Assembly (NCBI GenBank): GCA_963728405.1
Contig: CAVSJV010000017.1
Span: forward strand, 224,001 to 288,000
Origin: Methanomassiliicoccaceae archaeon
GTDB lineage: Archaea > Thermoplasmatota > Thermoplasmata > Methanomassiliicoccales > Methanomassiliicoccaceae
Reading direction: 5' to 3'
Length of the DNA: 64,000 nt
Shown here: positions 20,092-30,849 of the stretch, piece after piece
Position numbering within the stretch: the stretch's first letter is position 1
How the letters are laid out: every line of letters begins with the position of its first letter
Made by a program: the position numbers and the translations under genes
Notes under the pieces: model-generated
Seen by the model: only the letters and a program-made list of their open reading frames with translations
Databases searched by the model: none
Told to the model about the DNA's origin: nothing

Positions 20092-20214
20092 TTACGGCGA
20101 CACCTCCCTTCACGTAGAAATCATTTTGCTCCTCGTTTAGATATTATCCAGACATTTTTCGCGGTGGGCAATATATTTAAGTTAGATAGCAGATTACACC
20201 CGACAGGGAATCTA

Positions 20215-20829
20215 ATGGCGCCGAAGGCAAGCAGTGACAAGGACGACTGGATGAAGCAGTTGGACGCCGAGCTGGATAAGCAGACCCAGGACATCATGAA
20301 GGACGCGGCCGAGCTGCAAACCCAGATGGGCGCTGTCAACAAGACACTCATCTTCGATTTTGACCAGATCAAAGACCGGTTCGACAAGCAGAGGGTGTTC
20401 TTGACCATGGAGCCGCAGAGGAGCGTGTACGCTCAGCAGGACGATACCCAGGAGAAGTGGACATTCAAGCCCGACTTCCGGCCAGAAGAGGTCCGCAACA
20501 TTCAGCTCATCGACCGTACCCAGGAACAGGGTCGCATGGGCGACTCTCTAAAGGTATGGTACTACAATGACAACGGCGCTGTTCGTCTTCGTATGATCTT
20601 CGAGTACTGCGAGGGAGAGCATTACTACAAGTACGCCGGATGGAAGCGCGTGTTCGGCCAGTTCGTAGTGTATGATGCGGCCCTCAGCGATGTGGACATG
20701 GATGACATCCATGACAAGATGGCCATCGTGGTCAAGTCCTGGTTCGAGAGCCACCTTCGCCACAACCGCGAGGTACTCATCAGCATGCTCAAGGCCAACT
20801 TCGAGAAGGGCGAGACCTTCACCGAGTAG
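20215..20829 (+). CDS. Hypothetical protein
   Basis: Strong codon bias, TATA-like sequence near 20171-20180, T-rich terminator after the stop. Confidence 0.75.
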   Translation: MAPKASSDKDDWMKQLDAELDKQTQDIMKDAAELQTQMGAVNKTLIFDFDQIKDRFDKQRVFLTMEPQRSVYAQQDDTQEKWTFKPDFRPEEVRNIQLIDRTQEQGRMGDSLKVWYYNDNGAVRLRMIFEYCEGEHYYKYAGWKRVFGQFVVYDAALSDVDMDDIHDKMAIVVKSWFESHLRHNREVLISMLKANFEKGETFTE

Positions 20830-21103
20830 GCGCTTTAGCTTTTCAAACCCTTTCCAGATCCTTGTTTTTATATTGCACTTTCACTCGTTTTTCCTCTGAC
20901 ATTCGTTGCTGGCCACTCCCGACCGGTAAGCACTTTCGGAACGCCCCGAAGCATCCTTTTGACTTATCCGAGCAAGTAGTTCTCGGCGAAACGAGGGGGG
21001 AATGAAAACGAGCACTTTCAGTTACCTCCCCTCAAGACATATATATACTCCTCCGCAATCGCGAGAATGTACGGTCGGAACGATCGGAATTCACGCTCGT
21101 GGA

Positions 21104-21212
21104 CATCGTGTAAGACCTCCTCCGAGAGGCGATGGTGGATGAAGCAAGAAGCTCTGTCCGAAAGGGCAGTGTAGTTCACTAATAGCGGATATTGGTAAGC
21201 CCTGACTTCATC
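21104..21212 (+). promoter_or_regulatory. Candidate structured 5' leader RNA of the rpa operon
   Basis: Four stems found by eye, including a GAAA tetraloop hairpin; lies between the TATA-like run (~21038-21047) and SD GAGGT. Confidence 0.5.
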
Positions 21213-21227
21213 AATCGAGGTTTTGAC

Positions 21228-22580
21228 ATGATGAACAAAGAAGAGATCGCACCCCATGTGAATGAAATTGCCAGGGTGCTGGAAGGCAAGGTAAAGGAGC
21301 AGGATATCGAGAAAGACCTGGACAACTACCTCAACGTATACCGGATGTCCCTGGAAGCCTCCAAGCGCCACATCGTGCGCAAGTACGGCGGCGACCCCAA
21401 CGCCCTGACCAAGGGCGAGAGAAAGATGCTCTCGCAGCTCGGCCTGAGCGAACAGAGCGTGGACCTCTTGGTGAGGGTCATGTCCTCCAACACCCGCGAG
21501 GTGATGGTGGGCGGGAACCCCAAGACCATCCAGTCCGGAATACTTGCTGATGAGGCGGGCAACACCGTCAAGTTCACGGTGTGGGACGTTTCCAAGGCCG
21601 ATCTGAAGGCCGGGGAGAACTACCTCATCCGCTACGCCTACACTAAGGAGTGGAGCGGCCAGCCAGAGGTGCATTTGGGCAACCGAGTGGTGATCGAGCT
21701 GCGCCCCCAGGACGAGGTTAAGGTCCCCGACAGCGTCACCGTCCCCCTGGGCAGTGGCGGCAGTTACTCCGCGCCCATCGTGGCCAAGATCTCCGAGCTG
21801 CGGGAGAACATGAACAACATCACCTTGACCGGGAGGATCCTCTCGCTGAAGCCGAAGGAAGTAGAGACTCCCTCGGGCAAGAAGGCCATGTTCACCGGCA
21901 TCATCGCTGATGAGACCGGCAAGGTAGAGTTCACCGCCTGGCATGACTTCGCGCTCAAGGAAAACGAGGTCATCACCATCACCAATGCCTACGTGAAGGG
22001 CTGGAAGGGCATTCCCCGGCTAAGCTTCGGGGAGAGGGGGCAGGTCACCAGGCCCAAGGTCAAGTTCCCCACCGAGGCCGAGCTCTCGCAAGCGGTCAAG
22101 AAGAGCATTGAAGAGCTGGAGCGGTCCGGAGGGGCATCGGACGTGGTGGTCACGGGAACGGTCGTGGACATTAAGAAGGGCACAGGTCTGATCTTCCGTT
22201 GCCCAGAGTGCAACCGGGTGGTGCAGAAGGGGCTGTGCCAGGTGCATGGCAAGGTCCAGCAGGTCCCGGACCTCAGGATCAAGGTCGTGGTGGACGACGG
22301 GTCTGCGGCCATCACCGCGATCATGAAAAAGGAGGTTACCGAGCGCATCACTGGCATCACCTTGAAGGAGGCGCTGGATGAGGCCAGGGAGACCATGGAC
22401 CCCGAGGCAGCCGGTCATCGTTTCGAAGAGAAGCTTCTGGCCAAGCCGATCGAGCTGCGCGGCAATGTCATCTCTGATGAATATGGTCTGTCGATGAACG
22501 TGTCGGAAGCGAGAATCGTCGTCCCGGACGTCAAGACCGAGGCTGAAGCCCTCCTTAGCAAGATCGAGGTGGTCGGATGA
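21228..22580 (+). CDS. rpa: Replication protein A (multi-OB-fold, Zn finger)
   Basis: Repeated G.I/L.DETG/DEAG.V.FT.W OB folds; CPECNR...C..HG; DLRIK.V.DDG. Confidence 0.92.
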   Translation: MMNKEEIAPHVNEIARVLEGKVKEQDIEKDLDNYLNVYRMSLEASKRHIVRKYGGDPNALTKGERKMLSQLGLSEQSVDLLVRVMSSNTREVMVGGNPKTIQSGILADEAGNTVKFTVWDVSKADLKAGENYLIRYAYTKEWSGQPEVHLGNRVVIELRPQDEVKVPDSVTVPLGSGGSYSAPIVAKISELRENMNNITLTGRILSLKPKEVETPSGKKAMFTGIIADETGKVEFTAWHDFALKENEVITITNAYVKGWKGIPRLSFGERGQVTRPKVKFPTEAELSQAVKKSIEELERSGGASDVVVTGTVVDIKKGTGLIFRCPECNRVVQKGLCQVHGKVQQVPDLRIKVVVDDGSAAITAIMKKEVTERITGITLKEALDEARETMDPEAAGHRFEEKLLAKPIELRGNVISDEYGLSMNVSEARIVVPDVKTEAEALLSKIEVVG

Positions 22581-23464
22581 AGACCAGGGAAGTAGCGTGG
22601 CGGGTGTTCGCCTCGGAGTACAATGCCTCCACCTTGGAGATCAAAGGCGAGGGGGAGAAGGCGCCGTCCTATGTGGTCACACCCCTCGGCGCCATGGTGA
22701 ACCGCATGTTCGTCGTCGGCCTGCTGACCGACCTCCAGAACCTGGGCACCGAGCAGGAACCGTACTGGCGCGCCCTCCTATCCGACGGGATGAGCAAGTA
22801 CTACCTCTTCGCCGGGAAGTACAACCCCGAGGCGACGGTAGTACTATCGAAGCTTCAACCGCCGGCCTACGTAGCGGTGGTGGGCAAGAGCCGCACCTAC
22901 TCCCCAGAGGATGGGAAGATCTTCGTGTCTGTCCGTCCGGAGAAGATCGTGGCCGTGGACGAGGGGGTCCGCGACAACTGGGTGTTGGAGACCGCGAGGT
23001 CCACGCTGCGACGCATCGACTGTGTCGAGGAGGCCCTCCAGATGGAGAACCCCACCATCGAGGACCTTGTCAAGCTTGGATACAACCAGGCGCTGGCTGA
23101 CGGAGTGGTCAGGGCGCTGCCGCACTACAAGGATGTGGACCTGAATCGCTATCGCGGCATGGTCCTAGAAGCTCTTGAGCAGTTGCTGCCGGAGCGTTCC
23201 GGCGATCTGCCCATCCCCGCCGATGCCCCTTCTGCCGGCCCGGAGGAGATCGATGATGAGCAGGATGATGAGGACAAGGAAGAGGTCGTCCTCAAGCTCA
23301 TCGACAAGCTCGACAAGAACAAGAAGGGCGCCCCCCTGGCCGACCTGATCAAGGAAGCGGCCAAGGTCGGGATAGGTGAGGCCGAGCTAGAGGAGATCAA
23401 CAACTCCCTGTTGGACAAGGGCCTGATCTACGAGCCGACCATCGGCAAGATGAAGCGCATCTGA
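22577..23464 (+). CDS. RPA-associated OB-fold/winged-helix protein (Rpa2/COG3390-like)
   Basis: REVAWRVFASE, P.YVVTPLGA.VNR, SVRPE, C-terminal L..KGLIYEP; ATGA overlap with rpa. Confidence 0.88.
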   Translation: MKTREVAWRVFASEYNASTLEIKGEGEKAPSYVVTPLGAMVNRMFVVGLLTDLQNLGTEQEPYWRALLSDGMSKYYLFAGKYNPEATVVLSKLQPPAYVAVVGKSRTYSPEDGKIFVSVRPEKIVAVDEGVRDNWVLETARSTLRRIDCVEEALQMENPTIEDLVKLGYNQALADGVVRALPHYKDVDLNRYRGMVLEALEQLLPERSGDLPIPADAPSAGPEEIDDEQDDEDKEEVVLKLIDKLDKNKKGAPLADLIKEAAKVGIGEAELEEINNSLLDKGLIYEPTIGKMKRI

Positions 23465-23533
23465 GCGCTCATCAAATCTTTTTCTTATTTCTATTATTTA
23501 AATAAATAGAAAGGGAATGTGAAAGGGTTTGTT

Positions 23534-24424
23534 CTAGATCCTCTGAGTTGCGCTCACCAGGGCGTCCTCGAACTCCCACTCGTTCTTAAAGTGCTCGTTG
23601 AGGTCCTTGATCAGCACGTAGGCCCAGTAGATGGCGAACAGGCTGATGATGATGGTGATGATGATGTAGAGCAAGAAGCTCCTCTCCTTGACCGGCCTCC
23701 ACATCGGGGGCATGATGTTCCCCATGCCGACCTGGCTACCTGCATATTGGGCGTTCTGGGCGAAGGCGTAGAACCTGCGGTCATGCGCCGGGGTAGAAGT
23801 TCGTGAGCCAGTAGCCGATGAGGATATAGGCTACGATATTGATCACCGGGATGATGCATAGGATGGTCCACAGCAGGGCGTCCTGGGGCTTCTCGGTGGC
23901 CAGTCCTTCGCGGTCGATGCCTTCCATGGCCTGGGTGTACTGGTAGACCTGGTATCCCGCCCCCTTCTCCTCGCCCTTGAACCTGAAGTAGTCGATAATT
24001 GACCGGCGTAGAGCAGCCTCCCTGGCCAGGTGCAGATTATGCCTCTTCAGCAGCTTGTAGATCAGCAGCAGGACGATGATAGCTAGCCACGATAGCCACA
24101 GCCGATCGAGACGAAAATCCGGCGAATAATTGACGAAGATATCCTAGGATGCTGACTCCGAATGATCAAGAGGACGGCGATGATCGGCAGCAAGACCCAC
24201 CACTCGGGGATGATCTCATCGGTGTGGCCTCTCTGGCTGACGGCCTCGATGATCCTCTGCTTGGACTGTTCGGACGTCTGCCAGCTCTGGGCAGGCATGG
24301 GTCCGGGGATCGGCGCCGGTACGGCCTGAGGCATGCTCAGGTCATTGCCGCAGTTGGCGCAGTACCTGGTGCCAGGCTGGACGGGGGCATTGCACTTCGG
24401 ACAATAGCTAATGTCATTGCTCAA
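23534..24424 (-). CDS. Zinc-ribbon plus DUF4234-like membrane protein (frameshifted)
   Basis: N-terminal CPKC..YCANCG; C-terminal RSFLLYIIITII..YWAYVLIKDLNEH.K.E; pieces lie in different frames. Confidence 0.65.
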
Positions 24425-24442
24425 GCTTTGACCTCCTTGATA

Positions 24443-25300
24443 TTATAATAGAAATTGAAATAGAACAAGCCGGCTTAACTTTATGCTTAACGATGTGATC
24501 AAGATAGCGGCGTAACCGACCACCTCGGTCATGGGGACTACATCACCGGAGGTAGCGTAGTTCAATAGCCTGGCATGCTGGCCACCGCAAGCCAGCATCG
24601 TGGTCATGACCGGCCCGTAGCCGCACATGGACACGTCCTTCCGGATCACCGTGTCATATACGCCTTCTGCGTCCATGGCTAGGATCTTTTCGATCACCGC
24701 GTGGTCCTGCTTCCTGGCCTCGGCCGCCGGCACATAATGGGAGAAGTCGGTGGACGCAATGAACACGACGTCCTTTCCTTTACAGGCATTGATCAGTTCC
24801 TCGGCCACCTCTTTGGCCGTCTCGAAGTCCTGGGCGGCCATGGCCACCGGAACGAACTTGGCCTTGTCGCTGAAGAACTGGATGAACGGTAGCTGGACCT
24901 CGATGGAGTGCTCATAACGGTGCGCCAGCGGATCGTCCGTCACCAGGTGGCCCAGGCGGCCCACGATGTCCTGATCTATCTCGACACGGCCAAGGGGGGT
25001 CTCGAAATCCTCGGTGGTCATGGCCACCGGCGAACCGAAGGCGCTATGGTTCGGCCCCAGGACGACGAACGTCTCGGGGAAACCATCCTTGGCCAGAGCA
25101 GCATAGGCATGAGCGGCCACCGGCCCGGAGTAGGTATAACCGGCATGAGGGACCACCATGCCGACGATGTCACGCGGACCGTTCTCGTTCAGCATAGGTG
25201 CTCCGCCGACATAGGATTCGAAGAGACGCTCGATCTCCTGTCTGACCTGCTTCTCGCTTCGAGGATAGAATTTTCCTGCCACGGCCGGAGCTCTCATCAC
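24443..25300 (-). CDS. MEMO1 / AmmeMemoRadiSam system protein B
   Basis: R.PAVAG.FYP, PHAGY.YSG, GPNH, EHSIEVQLPF, STDFSHY, MCGYGP, VVGY. Confidence 0.93.
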   Translation of the reverse strand: MMRAPAVAGKFYPRSEKQVRQEIERLFESYVGGAPMLNENGPRDIVGMVVPHAGYTYSGPVAAHAYAALAKDGFPETFVVLGPNHSAFGSPVAMTTEDFETPLGRVEIDQDIVGRLGHLVTDDPLAHRYEHSIEVQLPFIQFFSDKAKFVPVAMAAQDFETAKEVAEELINACKGKDVVFIASTDFSHYVPAAEARKQDHAVIEKILAMDAEGVYDTVIRKDVSMCGYGPVMTTMLACGGQHARLLNYATSGDVVPMTEVVGYAAILITSLSIKLSRLVLFQFLL

Positions 25301-25399
25301 GATCGAGTGAAATGAGGAGACCGTATAATATTTCTAATTAGTCAAGGACGCCCCCGTTCGAGAGGGATTTGTCGCTCCACATTATACTGACGCGTCATG

Positions 25400-25780
25400 A
25401 CGGGCAACCATCGGCGGCTGGACGGTGCAGCTGTGGAACGAGGACGGGACCGTCCTGCTGAGGTCAGTGACCTCCCGCGGAACCGGGGGGACTTCTTCTT
25501 TAGAACGTGCGCATCGGCGACTACCCGATCAAGGAGATCACGCCCAATGAGTACAGTAGCATATCTCCGGCCTCGGTGCCAGTGTACGTCGCCTATGGTT
25601 CATCCAACTATGCGGGTTCACCAATCAGCAAGGGGCCATGGAGTCCGCCACTACTGGAACAATGTTTCCTGGTGTCGGTTCTTCCGCCCTCCTGTTGCTG
25701 GTGCCGCTGCTACTGTACGTTCCGGTGGTCCTCCTCCGGCCGCGCAGGAACAGGAACTCGGCCTGAACCAAAGCCACAAT
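25400..25780 (+). pseudogene. Degraded Cna-B/SdrD-B-like surface protein fragment
   Basis: Broken frames read IGGWTVQLWNEDGTVLLRSVT..GDFFF.NVRIGDY.IKE; followed by a GAAA hairpin and T-run. Confidence 0.4.
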
Positions 25781-25816
25781 GAGGGGCGAAAGCCCTCCTT
25801 TCCTTCACTTTTTTTC
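25781..25816 (+). terminator. Hairpin plus T-tract
   Basis: GAGGGGC-GAAA-GCCCTC followed by T-rich run. Confidence 0.55.
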
Positions 25817-25934
25817 TATTCCACCCAGTAGCTGTGGGCTTGGAGTATGGCGAGCAATGGTAGCACAGATGGAACGATAATATAGAAAAGAAGAATTGGT
25901 CTCGCCCAACAAAGGGACGAGATAAAAGGTGTTT

Positions 25935-26546
25935 TCAAAGGGACGCTTCGAAATCATCCATGGTGAGCTTGAACTCATCATAGGTCTTGATCAGGCCCTT
26001 CTCCTTGAGGATCTCCCTGGTTAGCAGCCAGTAGACGCATGCCAGCGCCCGGCGGCCCTTGTTGTTGGTAGGGATGACCAGGTCGACGTTCCTGGTCTCG
26101 TTGTTAGCGTCGCACAGGGCGACAATGGGGACCCCGATGTTCATGGCCTCAGCGACGGCCTGCTGGTCGGCGGCGGGGTCGGTCACCAGGAGCACTTCGG
26201 GCTCGAGGTACTCGGGGAGCATGGGGTTGGTCATGGTGCCGGGAACGAACCGTCCGGCGAAGACCTTGGTCCCGATGGTCTTGGCGAAGACCTTGGCCGG
26301 CTTCTGACCGTACTGCCTTGCCGACGACACCAGGATGTGGTCTCCAGGGAAGCGGGCCAGGAACTTGGCCGCGGCCCGGATGCGGGCGTCGGTCTGCTTG
26401 ACATCCATTACGTATAATCCGTCTGACCTGACCTTGAAGATGAACTTCTTCATGTCAGCGCTCTTCTGTTGGGTACCAATGTGGACGCCCGAGGTCAGGT
26501 AAACATCCTCGGGGACCAGAAGCTCGGTCTTGATTTCATCGCTCAT
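25935..26546 (-). CDS. rps2: 30S ribosomal protein S2
   Basis: [32 protein letters not shown]. Confidence 0.97.
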   Translation of the reverse strand: MSDEIKTELLVPEDVYLTSGVHIGTQQKSADMKKFIFKVRSDGLYVMDVKQTDARIRAAAKFLARFPGDHILVSSARQYGQKPAKVFAKTIGTKVFAGRFVPGTMTNPMLPEYLEPEVLLVTDPAADQQAVAEAMNIGVPIVALCDANNETRNVDLVIPTNNKGRRALACVYWLLTREILKEKGLIKTYDEFKLTMDDFEASL

Positions 26547-26555
26547 CTAAAAACC

Positions 26556-26729
26556 TCACGTGTCTCTTTTCACGGTGATAGGGAGCACATCCCTATCGTA
26601 TTCGAGCCTGGCAATCTCCACCGGGTCGATCATTCCCTCGGGTATATCGATAAGGACGGGCGCGCCTAAGGATACCTGCAAAGACCTGGCACCGATGATA
26701 CGCGCCTTCTCAAATCTAGTGTATTTCAT
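26556..26729 (-). CDS. rpoK: RNA polymerase subunit K (Rpo6)
   Basis: [16 protein letters not shown]...GAP..LPITVKR. Confidence 0.95.
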   Translation of the reverse strand: MKYTRFEKARIIGARSLQVSLGAPVLIDIPEGMIDPVEIARLEYDRDVLPITVKRDT

Positions 26730-27081
26730 AATGGCACCACGCGGGAGTGGCCTGATATTAACAGTCCGCTTATAAACCTTTTGCAAGGTGTAGAATCGAC
26801 ATCCAGATACAGATTTGCCATGCTTCTCATTCCATTTTTTTACACATCACCTATACCAATTTTTGGGTGTGACCAATATGTTTGGTAATCACACGATAAA
26901 GGAAGACCCTCATAAGCCTTTTCAATGCTAGGTGAGGAGAAGCACCGGCCCCCATCGACCACCTCAAATGACGATCGCTCTACAAATAAGCGTACTCTCA
27001 GTATGAAATCAGTCCACGGGCCGGCCTGTGTGGCTCGATGATGTAGCGATCCGCGCTCAAGGTTTTTGGAAATGACCTAAG

Positions 27082-27573
27082 TCACTTATTCATCTTTCCC
27101 CGCAGGTACGGTACCAGGCCGCCCCCTTCAAGGATGGCCAGTAGGAAGTCGGGAGGCGGCACGAACCGCATCGTCTCACCGGTGCGCTCGTTCTTGATCG
27201 TTCCCTTGGCCAGGTCGATGACGACTGTATCTCCGTGGCTCAAACAGCGGGCGGCCTCGGGGCAGATGATGATGGGCAGCCCCACGTTGATGGCGTTACG
27301 GTAGAAGATGCGGGCGACGCTGCCGGCGATGATCGCACCGACCCCCGCCGCCTTCAACGCCAACGGCGCCTGCTCTCTCGAAGAGCCGCAGCCAAAGTTG
27401 CGTCCAGCAACGATGATGTCGCCCTTCTGTACGCTCCGGGCGAAGGCAGGGTCGACGTCCTCCATGGCATGGGCCGCTAGATGAGCAAGGTCGTAGTTAT
27501 CGAGGTATCGGCCCGGTATGATCAGATCGGTGTTGATGTGATCGCCGTACTTCCAGATCATTCCACTGAGCAT
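27082..27573 (-). CDS. leuD: 3-isopropylmalate/homoaconitate dehydratase small subunit
   Basis: GDHINTDLIIPGRYL, NFGCGSSREQA, RIFYRNAINVGL. Confidence 0.9.
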   Translation of the reverse strand: MLSGMIWKYGDHINTDLIIPGRYLDNYDLAHLAAHAMEDVDPAFARSVQKGDIIVAGRNFGCGSSREQAPLALKAAGVGAIIAGSVARIFYRNAINVGLPIIICPEAARCLSHGDTVVIDLAKGTIKNERTGETMRFVPPPDFLLAILEGGGLVPYLRGKMNK

Positions 27574-27574
27574 C

Positions 27575-28830
27575 TCAAAGCCTCCGGGGGTCGGTTATCT
27601 CGCCCTTCAGCGCGCTCGCCGCCACCGTCTCCGGGGAAGCGAGATACACCTCTGCGTTCGGGGAGCCCATCCGTCCGCGGAAGTTCCGGTTGGTGGTGGA
27701 GATACATCTCTCGCCGGAGGCCAGAAGGCCCTGGTGCCCTCCCAGGCAAGGTCCGCACCCGGGGTTCACGATGACCGCTCCGGACGTGGCCAACGAGGCG
27801 AGCAATCCTTTCTCCGCCGCCTCGATATATACCTCCCTCGATGCTGGCACCACGATGAACCGGACATCCCGGGACACCTTGCGACCGCGCAGCAATGCCT
27901 CGGCCGCGGCAAGATCCTCTAGTCGCCCGTTGGTGCAGGATCCTAACACGGCCTGGTCGATCTTCGATTCCCTCGACCTTGCGAACGTTGACCACATTGT
28001 CGACCTGGTGCGGACAAGCGACCTGGGGCTGTAGCCCTTCGACGTCCATTTCAACCTCCTCGTCGACCTCGGCGCCGTGCTCCCAGAAGTTGCCTTCCCA
28101 CTTCTTGTCGGTGCGCTGCGACAACCAGTCAAAGGTCTTACGGTCCGGAAAGCAGACTCCGGCCTTGGCCCCCATTTCGATGCTCATGTTGCTGAGTACC
28201 ATCCTCGAGGCAATGCTCATGCGGCAGATGGTGTCGCCGACGAACTCGACGCACTTGTAGTCTGCCCCATCCGCGCCAAGGGCTCCGATGAGGTGCAGGA
28301 TGACATCCTTCGATGACACATGGGAGTTAAGCTTGCCCCGCAGGTGGATGCGCATCGTCTCCGGCACTTTGAGCCAGATCTCGCCCGTTGCCCAGACCGC
28401 GGCCATCTCGGTAGCGCCGATCCCGGTGGCAAAAGCTCCCAGCGCCCCATAGGTGGTGGTGTGGGAGTCGGTGCCGACGATCAACATGTTCGGAAGGACA
28501 TGTCCCTTTTCCGGCAAGACCTGGTGACAGATGCCCTCGCCCAGATCGTAGAAGAAGGGTAGTTGTTCTTCCCTGGCGAACGTACGGACCTCCTTGTGCC
28601 CCTCCGCCGTCTTGATGGTGTTGGCGGGGATGCGATGGTCAAAGAGGATCACTACCTTGCTGGGGTCCCAGATACGTCTTCGCGCCCATATCCCGGAACG
28701 ATCTCAATACCAAAGCGGAGTTCTCGTGGGACATGGCCAGGTCCACCTTGGCGTTAACGATGTCCCCGGTGCACGCGCGCCTACCGCTGGCGCGGGAGAG
28801 AACCTTCTGGGCAAAGGTCATGGACGGCAT
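27575..28830 (-). CDS. leuC: 3-isopropylmalate/homoaconitate dehydratase large subunit (frameshifts near 28660 and 27965)
   Basis: [40 protein letters not shown] across three frames. Confidence 0.9.
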
Positions 28831-29130
28831 CGGCCTTGCTAAGCACTGTTCGGATAAATCTCTATCGTCACCATTGACGTTCGAAGCGATGGTGCTGGCC
28901 TGGGCCGACAGGCTTATCTGGCCCGAATTACAATAGTGAAAATATCTTGGTGGCCCTCGCCTTATATGAACAGATAATTGATAAACTTCGAAAAATCGCT
29001 ATAAGAGCATGGTTTCTCGTTTTATTACTATTTCAATGCGTAATCCATCTACGATTGTCGAAGGTGAAATTCGATAATGATTTATATCGATTCATATTTC
29101 CTTACCTCGTAAGGTTCAGGAGAATTTGGC

Positions 29131-30849
29131 ATGGAGGAAACCATACCGTCCAAGCACAAAGGAAATCTCCAGGATTATGAGAACGCCATTAAGGAGTTCA
29201 CCTGGTCATCGGTCGACAAGGAGTTCGACTGGTCCAAGGGCGGACCCTATAATGTGGCTCGCGAGGCCATCGACCGGCACGCTCAGAACTGGAGAAAGAA
29301 CAAGATTGCCCTGTACTCGATAACCGCCAATAATGAGGTGCGCAAGTATACCTTCGGCGAGATGTCCGAACTCACTAGTCGGTTCGCTTCCGGCCTAGAG
29401 AAGCTCGGTGCCGTCAAGGGAGACCGCATCTTCGTATTCCTGGACCGAACTTCGGAATTGTATATGGCAATGATCGCCATCACTAAGATGGGGGGCATCG
29501 CCGGACCGCTGTTCTCTGCCCTGGGCCCCGAAGCTGTCAAAGACCGCGCCCTTGACTGCAGCTGCAAGTACATCATTACATCCCCGTACCTCTACAAGAG
29601 GATCGAGTCGATCATGGACGACCTCGTGGACGTCCAGAAGTACATCATCGTCGGTGACGACGCTGGTCTGGGGGGCAACACCGTCAAGTTCGATGAAATA
29701 ATGGCCTCTGGGGACCCCAACTATCAGCCAGTGAACATGGCGCCTACAGAGCCGTACATCATCCACTACACCTCCGGTTCCACCGGTAAGCCCAAGGGCG
29801 TGCTGCTGGGCCACAAGTCCATGATCCAGCAGTGGTTCACCTCGAAGAACGTCCTCGACCTTAGGGAGGAGGACACTTACTGGTGCACCGCCGACCCAGG
29901 CTGGGTCACCGGAACATCCTATGGCATATTCGGCCCCTGGTACCTGGGGACGACCATCGTCTCCTACGAGGGCCGCTTCGACGCCCGGGTGTGGTACACC
30001 ATCCTACAAAAGTATGGCATCACGGTCTGGTACACCGCCCCGACCGCGCTCAGGATGTTAATGCGCGCCGGGGACGATGTGATCAAGGAGTTCGACTTCT
30101 CGAAGCTACGCCATATATGTTCGGTCGGCGAGCCTCTCAACGCGGAGGTCGTTCGCTGGGCCATGAGGACCATCGACCGCCGTATCCACGACACCTGGTG
30201 GCAGACCGAGACCGGAGCGCAGCTCATCTGCAACTATCCCTGCATGACTGTCAAGCCCGGCTCGATGGGGAAGCCGATTCCGGGGGTCATCGCCGCAGTT
30301 GTCGACGAGAATGGTGTCGAGGTTCCGCCAAAGCAGGAAGGCTTCCTGGCCCTGCGCCCGGGCTGGCCATCCATGATGCTCGGCATCTGGAGGAACACCC
30401 CGAGGTTCAAGGAGTACTTCAAGGTCCCCGGCTGGTACATCGCCGGCGACCAGGCCTACAAGGACGAAGAGGGGTACTTCTGGTTCCTCGGTCGCGCTGA
30501 TGATGTCATCAAGACGTCGGGAGAGAGACTGGGACCGTTCGAGGTCGAGTCGGCGCTCATCGAGCATCCGTCCGTGGCCGAAGCAGGCGTCATCGGCAAG
30601 CCCGATGAGCTGAGGGGCGAGATCGTCAAGGCGTTCATCACCCTGCGACCCGGACAAAAGCCATCCGACGATCTCAAGGAGGATATCACCAAGTTCGTCA
30701 AGACCCGGCTGGCCTACTACGCCTACCCTCGAGAGATCGAGTTCGTCGAGTCCCTGCCCAAGACCCGGTCCGGGAAGATCATGCGGCGGGTGCTCAAGGC
30801 CAAGGAGCTTGGGCAGCCGCTCGGTGACCTGTCGACGCTCGACGAGTAA
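29131..30849 (+). CDS. acsA: AMP-forming acetyl-CoA synthetase
   Basis: YTSGSTGKPKG, TADPGWVTG, DTWWQTETG, PKTRSGKIMRR. Confidence 0.93.
   Translation: MEETIPSKHKGNLQDYENAIKEFTWSSVDKEFDWSKGGPYNVAREAIDRHAQNWRKNKIALYSITANNEVRKYTFGEMSELTSRFASGLEKLGAVKGDRIFVFLDRTSELYMAMIAITKMGGIAGPLFSALGPEAVKDRALDCSCKYIITSPYLYKRIESIMDDLVDVQKYIIVGDDAGLGGNTVKFDEIMASGDPNYQPVNMAPTEPYIIHYTSGSTGKPKGVLLGHKSMIQQWFTSKNVLDLREEDTYWCTADPGWVTGTSYGIFGPWYLGTTIVSYEGRFDARVWYTILQKYGITVWYTAPTALRMLMRAGDDVIKEFDFSKLRHICSVGEPLNAEVVRWAMRTIDRRIHDTWWQTETGAQLICNYPCMTVKPGSMGKPIPGVIAAVVDENGVEVPPKQEGFLALRPGWPSMMLGIWRNTPRFKEYFKVPGWYIAGDQAYKDEEGYFWFLGRADDVIKTSGERLGPFEVESALIEHPSVAEAGVIGKPDELRGEIVKAFITLRPGQKPSDDLKEDITKFVKTRLAYYAYPREIEFVESLPKTRSGKIMRRVLKAKELGQPLGDLSTLDE

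Noticed and set aside
26730-27080. tRNA often found near rpoK
   Set aside because: No cloverleaf or T-loop consensus found.
29071-29090. TCGATA-N8-TATCGA before acsA resembling the MCP promoter palindrome
   Set aside because: It overlaps the likely BRE/TATA, so the similarity can be explained by core promoter composition.
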